This document shows positions 23,901 to 36,300 of a stretch of DNA of 64,000 nucleotides, one piece after another. The notes below the pieces were generated by a model. That model was given only the letters and a program-made list of their open reading frames with translations, was not told where the DNA came from and did no database searches. Within the stretch, counting starts at the first letter, position 1; each line of letters opens with the position of its first letter. The position numbers were made by a program, and so were the translations under genes. This DNA comes from Azolla caroliniana. Its lineage: Eukaryota; Plantae; Polypodiophyta. The stretch covers positions 1,116,001-1,180,000 of the forward strand of contig JBHGNT010000008.1 of assembly GCA_043228905.1 (NCBI GenBank), written 5' to 3'.

Positions 23901-25361
23901 TATAACTTGGGGACAAGTGACCGAGGATTATCCTCTAACGTCTTCGTATAAGGCGTTATCAGAGTATTTTATTGCATTCAAGGATTGGGTTAGTATTGAT
24001 ATTTTTTCATTACCCTTTCATCATATGTAGAGGTTGCGTAATAATACCTGATGTCCTATTGCTTCTATTAGAAACCGTGTCGAGGCAAGAAACAAGGAGA
24101 AGTTAAGGATATACACGATTTCCCTACATCCTTCCTTGCACATCTCGAGCGAGCTAGAAAAGAAAAGGATCGTCGCTTAGTCAAGGCGTACGAAATGGAG
24201 GAAGATGGCTCGTTTAAAAAATTTAGCCACAAGAAAGATATAACGAGAGATCTTTACTACAATGTGGTTTGCGGTGATGTCATCGACTTGATCCAGAAGG
24301 TGCCAAAGAAGGAATATACGCTAATGATTGCGGATATTCCTTACGGATTTCGAATGGCTGGGTCATCATACGACGATGAACCGTTTAGGTTTAAACAATT
24401 GGAGAAGATGGTCAAGGATTTCGCTGAGCTAACGACCGCATCCTTGTGGCGAATAGTTGTCTTTCATAGTATGGACCAAGGGTACTCGGTAGCTCAAGCT
24501 TTGAGATCTCGTTGCCATGGCATCGAGAACCTTGCATGGTAAGGATTATTTATAGGTGTCTTTCATTATATTGCAATTCTTAAGGTTGTTGAATCTATTT
24601 TTAACTCGATGAATTATTTTTTATAGGATCAAGACCAATGTAAATAGAGGGCCAACTTTTCGGTTCGTTAATGCCATTGAATACATAACGGTTGGCTACT
24701 TCGATGAAATTAAAAAACAGAGAATCAAAGAGCATTCTAATGAAGTGGGAGGTTCAAATCTGTTGGTATATCCAGCAGTGACTCGGAAATTGCGACATGT
24801 CACCACGACAGAACGGGGACTTGTCAACCCATACCAAAAACCTCAACGACTTATGATGCGCTTGATCGAGATGTTTTCTGTCGAAGGGGACTGGATATTA
24901 GATCTCTTTTCTGGCACAGGTATTCCTCGAACTAGGGTAACGATCTTGAGATAACCAATCCCTTTTTTTTCGTTTGACAACTAAATCTTCTTGTTACTTA
25001 CATCACAGGAACTACGTCAGCATGTGCATTGAAGCTGTTTAGGAATACAGTTGCATTGGAGAAGGACGAGGACCAAGTTATATTTATTAATATGCGGATT
25101 AAGGCTTTGTGGGAGTGCCCAGACCAGGATGAGGAGGTCGGTGCAAAGAACCTCGCCAATACAGAAAGGTTTCAACCCGCTTCGCGAGAGCCTATTCCTC
25201 CGTTAGCCGGCGAACCGGGAGAGCTAATAGAGCTTGATGATGAGCTTATAGAAGATATTTCGTTGGCCCGGCTAACAGGGGAAACCAATGCACGTATAGC
25301 CGAAGACAGTTCTACACAAGATGATGAAGAAAATGACGTAGATGAATTGATTGCTATGTAA
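20937..25361 (+). CDS. ParB/Srx-like domain + beta-class DNA amino-methyltransferase (N6_N4_Mtase-like) fusion; exons 20937-20971, 22136-23773, 23850-23988, 24072-24538, 24627-24919, 25009-25361; ~974 aa
   Basis: All five introns are GT-AG with matching phases (2925 nt, no stops). ParB-like region: LPITHIHRPP..PFIVMVD..YFVIGGSHSAEARRQL..EEAKLLAWDHN. MTase motifs in beta order: VVCGDVIDLI, LMIADIPYG (motif IV), WIKTN, NPYQKPQRLMMRLIEMFSVEGDWILDLFSGTGTTSACALKLFRNTVALEKD (motif I). Confidence 0.85.
21024..21722. repeat. Array of 14 palindromes (TTTAAACACGAACTCGATACG-S-CGTATCGAGTTCGTGTTTAAA) at ~51-bp period, inside intron 1 of the methyltransferase gene
   Basis: Each unit is an inverted repeat around a single central G or C, with 8-bp variable spacers; counted by eye. 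Confidence 0.95.
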
Positions 25362-26373
25362 TAGACTCTATAAAGAATATGACACTGACGATTTGTTAAG
25401 ATTTCACATTATTAATACAAATTTTGGGTTTTACCTAGTGGATTCTATTCTTTATAATCATCTATATGTTTCAATTTTATTTTTATATACCTCATTAGTA
25501 GATTTATGATATTGGTTTCACCGCGTGCATAGCTGACTACCAAACTTATGGAGAAACATGAACTAGCTTAAAAGGAGGCTGATTTTGGTCCAAGCTAACC
25601 TTAACAGAACATGGCCCTATAATTATTGCCATGACTGTCCATGTTGTTATTATGGATCTTTGTCTTATATTGTTAAAACAGGTCTAGTTTCTATTCCATT
25701 GCTGCTTAGATTGTGTAGTGTCTTGATAATGGTTCCAGTTGCGTTATCGTTCGGAGTTTGATCTTGTGTGAATCACCTAAGCAATAGAGTAGATCAATTT
25801 TAAATATAGGTATGAAAGCCTAATAGGTTTGTTATTTCCACGACATTATCCTAAAGTTCACTGCCTTACATTGTGCACAATTATATACACATATGGTTTG
25901 ATCCCATATGAACAAACTGAGGAATAGATTAGATCAACTTTTAATATAAGTATTGAATACTTTAATAAGTTAGTTATTCCAATCACTTATCCTAATGTGC
26001 ACTATCCTACATTTTCGACAATTACATACATGCACGTATGGGTCAAAGTATAAATTATATCTCATTTTATTAGTATGGATACAAGTACACCTCATAATTT
26101 TGTAAAACCTACCTAATTAATATAAGTCTTTAAGTTAGTGTTTCCCTTGTCGCACAATAGTGCCATATTGAGCCATAGTTGAACTTTATTTAGATACATT
26201 AACTTATCAACATGTCTAAACTTGCATGATTTCTAATGATCTCCACTCGTAGATCTATCATGTATTTTTATATTTGCAAATTCTTATCAAGTTGAGGAAC
26301 ATGTGATACTAGTGCATCCAATTATTGTAGAGAGGGTGTATTTGCTTCGTTTTAAGAAGATTCTACAAGTGGA

Positions 26374-26409
26374 ATGCGCAATCCTTCCACTTGTGAACGC
26401 GAACGTGTT
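26374..26409 (-). repeat. Right terminal inverted repeat
   Basis: atgcgcaatccttccacttgtgaacgcgaacgtgtt is the reverse complement of the left TIR with one mismatch. Confidence 0.95.
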
Positions 26410-26521
26410 TCTTCTCTCTGGGTAGCGGAGCAATCTCTTGGAGCAGTAAGAAGCAACTGACAATCGCATTGTCGAGCACGGAGGCCGAATACAGGGGTGC
26501 GACGGTTGCCGCATGCGAAGC

Positions 26522-29500
26522 TGACGGGAACTGAACGCTCCTTATGTCCAACGCTCAGCCACAACTGAGATTCTTTTCATACACAGAAAACTGGAAATAA
26601 ACCGCGACACAAAGAAGAAGAATATACACAGGAGGTTTACGTGGAAAACCCCAAACTAGGGGAAAAACCACGGCAGCCCACAGGCTGCAAACTGTCACTA
26701 TGTAAGAATGTACAACAGTGAGTTCACTTAGGCAACGACCTCGTGCTCACAGATCTTCGCCACAGGCGGTGGTTACAACAGAGGCAACAACCTCTTTCTC
26801 TCTCTCTCTCTCTCTGTACAAAGTTACGCGTTCTCACTTCTTCTTGCACCAACAAGTGAATGACAACAACACAACTAAAAGTTTGCCCTAAGTCATATTT
26901 ATACTAATATGACTTTTAGGCTATTTATAAATATAGCCTCGATGGGCTCTCAGAAACATATTTACGAATATGTCTCTTCGTCCGGTTCTCACCGGGTCTG
27001 TACCATCCGGTTCTCCGTAACCGGGTACTCCTCATCCGGTCTTCACCGGGTCTTTATCATCCGGCTCTCCGTAGCCGGGTCCACCTCATACGGTTTCGGC
27101 ACTGTTCATCGACACTGTTCTTCTCCCTTCCCATCCGGTGGGACCTGTCTCCCAACAAACTCCCCCTTCACTCCGGCATGGGGTGTCTTACCAGTCCGAT
27201 TCTCTTCCGGCATGCATCCAGCTTGTCGGGTATCAGCACTTTGGTCAGCATATCTGACCCATTCTCGGCCGTGTGGATCTTCATCAGCGCGAACTCTTGG
27301 TCATCTACTCTTTCGCGGATCCAGTGGTACCTCCGCTGGATATGCTTCGTCCGGGAATGGTAGGCTGCATTCTTAACAAGGTGGATGGCACTTTGACTGT
27401 CGCAATAGAGTCGGTATTCATCTTGTCGGATACCGAGCTCTCCGATGAAGTCCTTCATCCATAATATTTCCTTGCCGGCTTCCACAACTGCCATGTATTC
27501 TGCCTCCGTGGTGGACAATGCAACCGTCTTCTGCAGCCTCGACTGCCACGAAATAGCTCCCCCTGCATATGTCATTACATACCCGGATGTAGTCCGGCTA
27601 GTATCCACATTAGCCAACATGTCCGAATTGGTGAAACCGTCCAGTTGAGGTTTTCCGGAGCCAAATCGGAGACACATATTTGAAGTGCCCTTCAAATACC
27701 GGAGTATCCATTTGACCGCATTCCAGTGCTCCTTGCCGGGATTGCTCATGAACCGGCTCACCACTCCGACTGCGTATCCTAAGTCCGGACGGGTACATAC
27801 CATTGCGTACATCAAGCTCCCGACGACAGAGGCATATGGAATCTTCATCATATCCGCCTTCTCTGCTTTCGTCTTTGGGCTTTGCTTACGGGATAACCTG
27901 TAGTTTGCCGGAAGTGTTGATCCGACCGGTTTCGCTTCTGACATGTTGAACCGGTGAAGCACCTTTGTCACGTACTTCTCCTGTGACAACCATAATTGCT
28001 TCTTTGACCGGTCCCGAATGATGTGCATCCCCAGCATCTGTCTTGTCGGACCCAAGTCTTTCATTGAGAAGGTCTGGTTGAGAGCCTTCTTCAGCATCCG
28101 TATTTTGACTTGGTCACGTCCGACGATCAACATGTCATCCACGTACAGAAGGAGTATCAGGAAGTCCCCTCCTTCAAACTTCTTCACAAACACGCAGTGA
28201 TCGGCCTGCGTCTTGTGGTACCCTTGATCGGTCATGAAGGAGTTGAACTTCCGGTACCATTGTCGAGGAGCCTGCTTTAGTCCGTACAGGCTCTTCTTCA
28301 ACCGGCATACCAGGTGCTCCTTCCCTTTCTCCACAAATCCTTCCGGTTGCTGCATGTAGATCTCCTCTTCGAGGTCGCCGTGAAGGAATGTCGTCTTCAC
28401 GTCTAGTTGCTCTACCTCGAGGTCGATGCTTGCTGCTATACTCAACACCGTCTGGATGGAGGTCATCTTTACTACCGGGGCAAATATCTCGTCGAAGTCC
28501 ACGCCCTTCTTCTGCTGGAACCCCTTCACCACGATCCTGGCTTTGTATCTCGGGGGGTTGCCGGCATCTCCCTGTTTCAACTTGTACACCCACTTGTTTC
28601 GGAGTGCCCGCTTTCCTTTCGGCAACTCCACCAATTCGTACGTATGGGTCTCATGCAGGGAATCCATCTCGTCTTGCATGGCACTTAACCATTTTCGGCT
28701 GTGGGTGTCATCCTCCGCTTCTTTGAAGCTTTCCGGCTCCCCCTCATCGGTCAGCAGAACATGCTCTGCATCCGGAAATCTCCGGGGGGGCCTTCTCTCT
28801 CTGAGAGGATATCTTCGTCTTTGGGCTTCGGTAGCCGGCTCCTCCATTTGCTCTTCATCCGAATCCGATTCGGGGTCTTGGCCGGTTCCGGTCTTAGCTT
28901 CCTCTACTTCTTCTTCTACCGGTTCGGTATCCTCACCGTAACCGGCCGGTTCCTCGAGTGCTAACCAGTCTCTTGCCGGTTGGGTCTGCTCATCATAGAG
29001 TCTATCCTTACCAGTCCACTCGGAGTTCATTATCTTCTTCTTCGACTCCCAGTCGGCGAGCGTCTTGTCCTCCATGAAGATAATATCTAGACTCCGGAAT
29101 ACCTTCTTGTCGACCAGGTCCCACACTCGGTAGCCGAACTCATCGTCACCGTAACCGAGGAATATGCATGGCCGGGTCTTTGGATCTAACTTTCCTCTCC
29201 GGTCCTTAGCTACATGCACGTACACGAGACACCCGAACACCTTCAGATGCCGGTAGGATACTTCCTTACCGGTCCACACTCTCTGTGGCGTGTCTCCGTC
29301 CAAGGGTACTGAGGGTGATCTATTTATCACATATGTCACCGTCGACAGTGCCTCAGCCCAAAAATTCTTGGGTAGTTTTGCATGCGCTAGCATACTCCGG
29401 ACCCTCTCCATTATGGTCCGGTTCATCCTCTCGGCCAGTCCGTTTAGTTCCGGCGTCTTCGGCACGGTAAATTCGAGCCGGATTCCCTTCGAGCGGCAGT

Positions 29501-31879
29501 ACTCCTCGAACTGCCCCCAGTACTCTCCTCCGTTATCCGCTCGAACCGCCTTCACCTTCCGGCCGGTTTCTCTTTCCACTCTCGCGTGGAGCTCTTTGAA
29601 GACAGATAACACCTGATCCTTCGTCTTCAACGGTGTGGCCCACAGCTTCCGGCTGTGGTCATCTATGAACGTCACGAAGTACTGCGCTCCGGCATGTGAC
29701 TTCATGTCTACTTGACACACATTCGTATGCACCAACTCTAGTGGTGCATTACGTCTCATCGGTGGCCTTGGTTGGAAGGAGGTCTGGTTCTGCTTACCGG
29801 CCAGACAATTAGTGCACTTCTCTAAGTGCACGTTCTTCACTAGAATGAGGTTGTCGTCTGCAAGCCTCTTCATCCCCTTCTCGCTCATATGACACAGCCT
29901 CTTGTACCAGAGCTCACCGGCAGTGTCGGATGCCACGTTCACTTCTTCCAGGCATAACCGGGCATTCATCAGGTATAGAGTGTTGACCTTCCGGGCCCGA
30001 GCCACAATCAGGCTCCCTTTGCTGAACTTCATGACACCGTTCCGGATGCTACCCGTGTAGCCTTCATCATCTAGCCGACCGGTTGATATCAGGTTCAGAC
30101 GAACCTCCGGAACGTGTCGGACATCCTTCAACAGCAACTTGCATCTGGTAGGTGTTGTCAGCCACACGTCTCCTATGCCGACAATTCGGCATGTACCTTC
30201 ATTCCCCATCCGGACACAACCGTGATCACCGGCTGAGTAGGATGAGAAGCATTTCCGGTCCGGGGTAAGGTGGAACGATGCTCCGGAGTCTACCACCTAG
30301 GTCATCTCGTCGCCGGCAAGGTTTATCTCACTCTCCTCGGTGATGAGCATCAACTCCTCTTCACTTGCCGCGATTGCCGTCGTTCCCTTCCGGTCCGGCC
30401 CCTTCCGGTCTTTACTGTTCTGGTCCGGGGTCCGCTTCGAATCGGTACCATCAGTTTCCTTGTATTTACGGAAATGCCGACAGTTCTTTTGGAAGTGACC
30501 CGGCTTGCCGCAATAGAAGCAAGTGGGCCTCCCCCTTGACTTTGACCGTGTCCCCGACTTCTCCCGGTTCTGGGGACTACGGTTTCTATGTCTTCCGCGT
30601 TCCGATTCGGTAAGGAGCGCTTTGGAGTCGGAGCTCATATCTTTATCCTTCCGACGCGCCTCCTCATCTAGCAAGCTCGACTTTACTCTTGCTAGGGATA
30701 ACTGTTTTCCTTCCGGCCCGGCGTTGCCCAAAGTGACAACCAACGTCTCCCAGCTATCCGAGAGGGAACCGAGCAGGAGTAGCGCTAGTACCTCATCGGC
30801 GAGAGGTACTTCCAATGAAGTAGCCTGGTGGATCAGCCCCTGGAAGGCATTCATGTGCTCCGCCATGCTGGAGCCATCTTGGTACCAGAGTCTTACTAGC
30901 TTCCGGAATACTGACACCTGATTGACAACATTTTTGTTCTGAAACATTATGCCGATCTTCTCCCAGAGCTCATGAGCCTTGCTCTCTTCATTGAAGTTGT
31001 TGTACAGGCTCATGTCGATGAAGCACCGTATGTACGCCGTTGTCTTCATGTGCATCACCTCCCATATCGCGGCGTCGATTTTGTCCAGTCTCTTGTCCCC
31101 GATCTGAACCGGAAGCCAGAGGTCTTTAACCACGAGCATGTCCCTCATCTTCGACTTCCACATTGAGTAGTTGGAGCCGGTGAGCTTGAACATGCCGCCA
31201 AACGATTCGTCCATTTTCTGTGTCGTTTCGCTCTGATACCAATTGACGGGAACTGAACGCTCCTTATGTCCAACGCTCGGCCGCAACCGAGATTCTTTTC
31301 ATACACAGAAAACTGGAAATAAACCGCGACACAAAGAAGAAGAATATACACAGGAGGTTTACGTGGAAAACCCCAAACTAGGGGAAAAACCACGGCAGCC
31401 CACAGGCTGCAAACTGTCACTATGTAAGAATGTACAACAGTGAGTTCACTGAGGCAACGACCTCATGCTCACAGATCTTCGCCACAGGCGGCAGTTACAA
31501 CAGAGGCAACAACCTATTTCTCTCTCTCTCTCTCTCTGTACAAAGTTACACGTTCTCACTTCTTCTTGCACCAACAAGTGAATGACAACAACACAACTAA
31601 AAGTTTGCCCTAAGTCATATTTATACTAATATGACTTTTAGGCAATTGACAAATATAGCCTCGATGGGCTCTCAGAAACATATTTACGAATATGTCTCTT
31701 CGTCCGGTTCTCACCGGGTCTGTACCATCCGGTTCTCCGTAACCGGGTACTCCTCATCCGGTCTTCACCGGGTCTGTATCATCCGGCTCTCCGTAGCCGG
31801 GTCCACCTCATACGGTTTCGGCACTGTTCATCGGCACTGTTCTTCTCCCTTCCCATCCGGAGGGACCTGTCTCCCAACA
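26522..31879 (-). mobile_element. Ty1/Copia element C, full length and young, nested in Copia B RNaseH
   Basis: 636-bp LTRs at 26522-27157 and 31244-31879 (about 15 substitutions by eye), TSD GAAGC on both sides, Met-tRNA PBS at 31230-31241, PPT at 27158-27174. Confidence 0.97.
27168..31214 (-). pseudogene. Copia C gag-pol polyprotein with a single in-frame stop at 30297-30299
   Basis: ORFs 30297-31286 and 27168-30296 are in the same frame; the stop replaces the Trp of WVVDSGAS. Gag CCHC, IN, RT (YVDD) and RNaseH motifs are present. Confidence 0.93.
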
Positions 31880-32298
31880 GAAGCTGTATGGCTCAAATGT
31901 ATAGTGAAGGAGTTGGACGTACTGATCAAAGATCCAATTCGTCTATACTGCGACAACATGAGCAGTATCTACCTAGAACGGAACCCCGTATTCCACGTGC
32001 GGACTAATCACATCGAAGTACACTATCATTTCTACCGCGAGGGCGTATTGGCCGGAGATATCGATTTAGAACATATTAGTACGCACCTCCAGGTTGCTGA
32101 CATTTTCACGAAAGCCCTTGGTATCGAGAAGCTATAGCAGTTCGTGTCGAATCTTGGTTTATCTCTCCCCGACCAGCCGAGCTTGAGGGGGAGTACAGAA
32201 CATTGAAGCCGAACAAGGAGTACGCAACCGAAAAGCCAGACAATCGAAGTTCGAAGCGTTCCGAAGACGGATATTCGGAAGTTGTGTTCAAAGGGGCG

Positions 32299-32607
32299 TG
32301 TTGAGAATCGAACTCAACTTCCCATAGAAATAGGTTTCACACTAGCTCATGGAAATACCATGCTAGTTCTGTAAATAGTAGAAAAGGGCCCTTGCTCTTA
32401 TTTAGTTGGTATTTAAACCAACCCTTTGTAACTTTGTTACTGTTGGAAGTGTTTTGGTTGGATTTAATATATAGTTATCTCTGTCTTAAGCTCTCTCTCT
32501 CTCTCTCGCTCTCTCTCTGTTTTGCCCTATGTGCATACACACACACACACACAGTCCTTCCGCTGCATCTCAACCACTCTTGCTCCTCATCCTCTTTACA
32601 AGAGACA
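32299..32607 (+). repeat. 3' LTR of Copia B (end approximate)
   Basis: Purine tract AAAGGGGCG then TGTTGAG...; Copia A coding sequence resumes after ...GAGACA. Confidence 0.6.
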
Positions 32608-33399
32608 ACCACTTGCCATAGCCGAATCCGAGTCGGTTGACTCAGAGAAACAAACCAATACATATGAGTCGGAGTCGGCAGACCTATTGAAGTCGATGAA
32701 GGAATACGAGTCAGAGTCAGCAAACACTGAGCAACCGATTGACATGTATGAACCTGAGCCAACTAAAGAGTCAACAGGAACATCCGAACCTGAGCCGACA
32801 ATAGGAGGAAGGAGATACCTACTAAGGAAAAGTAGAGCACCGACGACATATGCTAGTCAATACATCCTCTTCACAAATGAAGGTGAGCCTGAGTGCTATG
32901 ATGAAGCCATTGTCAAAGAAAGAAAGAAGAAAGAAAGAAAGAAAGAAAGAAAGGTGTATTAACGTCTTCTAAGGCCAAATTTGGCCCATGAGACAATTGG
33001 TTTACAACAATAGAGTATTTATCCAGTCATCATAACTAAAAATAAAATTAAGTAAAAAAAAAAATAGAACTTAAACTAAAAGAGTTCTAGTAGTGTACAA
33101 TATGTAGTATACTCGAAAGTGACTATACACTAAGCCTAATTTTATTTCCACCCCAGCCTCTCGAAAAGAAGTGGGGGGTCAAAGGGTCTTGATGTGGGTT
33201 CCAATGTAGAGAGTGCCCTAGCCATGGCTTCTAGGCGGTGTAGCTCACGTTCCCTTATTTTCAATATTGCGTCCACATCACGTTGAGTTGTTTTGAAACC
33301 CGGCACCCGAGGACGTCTGGTTCTTCTCTGGTTTTCTGCCTCATCAATGGAAAGGCCGAGTGGTGCAAGTGTGTCGGCATTCGTTGTCTCCTCAGGTTC

Positions 33400-36300
33400 C
33401 TAAAAAACTGCATTTGTTACATGTTCGTGATCATTAGCAGCATTATTGTCAACATTTTGTAATTTATTCTCTCTGTGTTGTTTTAGCTCTAGAATGTATT
33501 TGCCTAATTTCTTTATATCTAGAGTATCTAATAGTTTGGGGAGGGTGGGAGACGGACCAAGTATGTCTTGGTATTTTGCCCTTATCTCGGCATAGGTTGG
33601 ACACTTGCAAGTAAAGTGGTACTCATCCTCTATCTCTATGTGACATAACCTACATATCCTTTCCTCCCTAGGGACTCCACTAGTACGGCCATTTTCAATC
33701 TCAAGTTGGTGAGATGATATTCTAAGTTGTCCAATGGCAACCCTTAGTGCATGTGGTAAGAATACATCTAGATATTTTGGCCGTGTGATAAAACCTAACT
33801 CAGAGAAGTGCATGAAGTGTTTCTTATAGTACGACATTTTAGATGGGAGTGGCTCTAGTGGGGTGATCCAGTTACACCGACTGTAAATTTGCCATATTTC
33901 TTGGCGTATTACTTTATTGCGGTTCTCATGAGAGATTAAGGTGATATCACTCGTGTGGTTGTACCTAACGGGAGGTAGGTTATTAATGTCTAGACCATTC
34001 GCAAGAAGCCAAGTCACCATCATGCCATACCATGAGCTAGTATAGCCGGACTCATACAATGATCGAGAGGCCTTAAAGGCTTGATGAGATATTCTATCAT
34101 GTGGTTGGCTATGTATCCTATCAATAAAGACTACAAGTTGAAAAAGTGCCTCTACTAGCATTGGGGGTAACGTGAACTCGGCCCTAATAATGTCATGTGG
34201 TACAGTCGATTTGCTTCGGAGTTGGCGTGATAGCATCATCACCAATGGTCTCTCTAATTGCGTCCACATGAAGGATGGTAATCCTGGAGCCCAAACCGCA
34301 GATGCATACATGAGGGAGGGGGTCACTAATGAGTCAAAGAGCCACCCTTTAGTCCGTGGCTCTTGAAAGTGTGCTTGGTGGCATTGTCTCTCTAGGAGTG
34401 AGAGGGATGCATGTCCTCTCGTGAGTCTATCCTTCGCTGCCTGTGTCATCGAAAATTTACCTGAGCGGGCACTAAAAGTGACTCCGAGATATACGTACGA
34501 TCCAACCACCTCGACTGGGCTATGGGAGATAGTTAGGTGACACTTAGCTCTAACTTGGGCCGATGTGTGGAAGATAAGGACTTTCGTTTTCCCTAGATTC
34601 ACTACCAATCCTCGTTGTACACAAAAGTCATCTAAGGCATTGAGGTGCCTCTGTAGGTCGTGTTCGGATTCAGAGAGCAAAACTATGTCATCCGCATAGA
34701 GCAAGATACGAACCTGCGTATCCCCAAGGACCACTCCGGTGCCTCCCTCACGAGCAATAAAATTTGTGATCTCATCAATGTAAATCCCAAAAAGCGTCGG
34801 TGATAGGGGGCAACCTTGTTTTACACCAATAGTGCTAGTGAAACGATTGGATAGGCCACCTGGGCATCGGACACACCCGGACACTTGTTCATATAGTGCG
34901 TAGATGGCCCATACCATATCATCTGGTATCCTCAAGCTTTTAAGTCTATCAGACAACCGATCTCTAGGGACTGTGTCAAAGGCTTTGCGGAAGTCCACAA
35001 AACAACAATATAATCTCTTCTTGCGAGCCCTAGTTTGGTCAATTAGGCATCTAAGTGTGAAGATGTGATCAATAGTGGAGAAGGCTCGTCTAAAGCCAGC
35101 TTGTTCAGGTGCACGAAGGTTTAGGGTCTCCATGTAGTCGCTAAGCTCTGCTTCCATTACTGCACCATATAACTTAGCAAGGGTATGGCCTATCATAATG
35201 GTCCTATATGTATTTGGGTCCATGGGGTCCCCCCCTTTATGTATGGGGGTCACTGTATTCATAGTCCACTGTGGTGGAAAACCCTCCGCAAGGGCACGAT
35301 TGAAGATTAGAGTTAGCAAGGGAGCTAGGCACTCTCTCGCATATATAATGTGTTCTGCTCGCAATCCTGTGTGGTCCATGGACTTCCTATGTTGTAATTT
35401 CTTTATGACCTTCATGACCCTAGAGGTCGTGAAAAGTGTCCCCTGGAAGGCATTGGAAAAGGTGGTTGGTTTGGGATTTGGTAAAGTCTCTCTGTATATG
35501 TGTGCCAAGTTTCGGGATCTTCGATGGGTGTTTGTGGTCTTGGCTCCCGTAGTCTCTTCCATGCCGTGGCGCAATCGCTACTCATGAGCATATGGTAGAG
35601 TTCCCAGTATTGGGATGCCTCCCACGCTCGTCTCTTACGACGTGTCATCTTACGCATTTCTTTGCGAGCTTGTGTGGAGGTAATACTACCATTGAGTTGC
35701 GATACTGTAAGTTGTCTATGTAGGTCCCTACAATCCTCGTCATACCATTTATTTTGTGGCATTGATCCTGATCTACCTTGATTTGAGTGTTTTGTATATG
35801 GGAAACTGCTAGCTGCTGCGGAGTGAAGGATGTGTGTGAGTTTTGTACTAAGGCTTTCTAACGGTAGAGAGGGATCAATGGAGGGGAGATGGGCCTGAAC
35901 ATGTTGAGAGTATATGTCAGAGAGCTCATGTGTGAAATGTATTGTGGTGTGATGGCATGGTTGACTAGACTTGGTGACCTTAGAGATATCACATTTTAGC
36001 TCGAAGTATAAGAAGCTATGGTCTGCGCCAATAGGGCATGGGGCCACTCGGAAGGAGTTAATCAAGTGGGTAGCTGTCAGGCGCCCTATTAGATAGTCAA
36101 CTGTGCTTTCCCCTCCTCCATGTGGGAAACATGTGAGCTCTTCCGAGCCCGACCACTTAGCTAAACCATTATATATGACCATCTGGTGCCGACTGCCAAG
36201 TTCGAGCAGGTGATGGCCAAAGCTCATGGCGTCCGCACCTTGATCCTTTGATCTACGTGTGGTGCCTATGTCTAAAGGATCAACATTTACCATTTCTAGG

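Larger units (their letters stand above)
17012..26409. mobile_element. Intact 9.4-kb TIR DNA transposon (Sola-like) carrying a transposase and a ParB-like/DNA methyltransferase cargo gene
   Basis: 36-bp TIRs AACACGTTCGCGTTCACAAGTGGAAGGATYGCGCAT with 1 mismatch; 4-bp TSD TCTT at 17008-17011 and 26410-26413. Removing the element restores the Copia frame GGA TTT GTC TTC TCT CTG GGT (GFVFSLG). Confidence 0.93.
12812..32607 (+). mobile_element. Ty1/Copia element B nested in A; 5' LTR not found; hosts the DNA transposon and Copia C
   Basis: gag MGSILPMEKLDRTNF (~12884), CxxC zinc knuckle, DSGAS, integrase LDVVHSDVWGP/RSDGGKE and RT MDVKNAFL/LYGLKQAPRAW. The RNaseH reading frame is restored across the insertions (RRSTFGFV|FSLGSGAISW and ACE|AVWLK). 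Confidence 0.85.

Noticed and set aside
17012-26409. Bacterial/phage contamination or a restriction-modification locus
   Set aside because: The MTase gene has spliceosomal introns, no restriction nuclease is evident, and the unit is inserted with a TSD into a plant Copia element.
27178-30921. Numerous antisense ORFs over retroelement pol genes (also 42000-63800)
   Set aside because: Shadow frames of GC-richer coding sequence without independent motifs.
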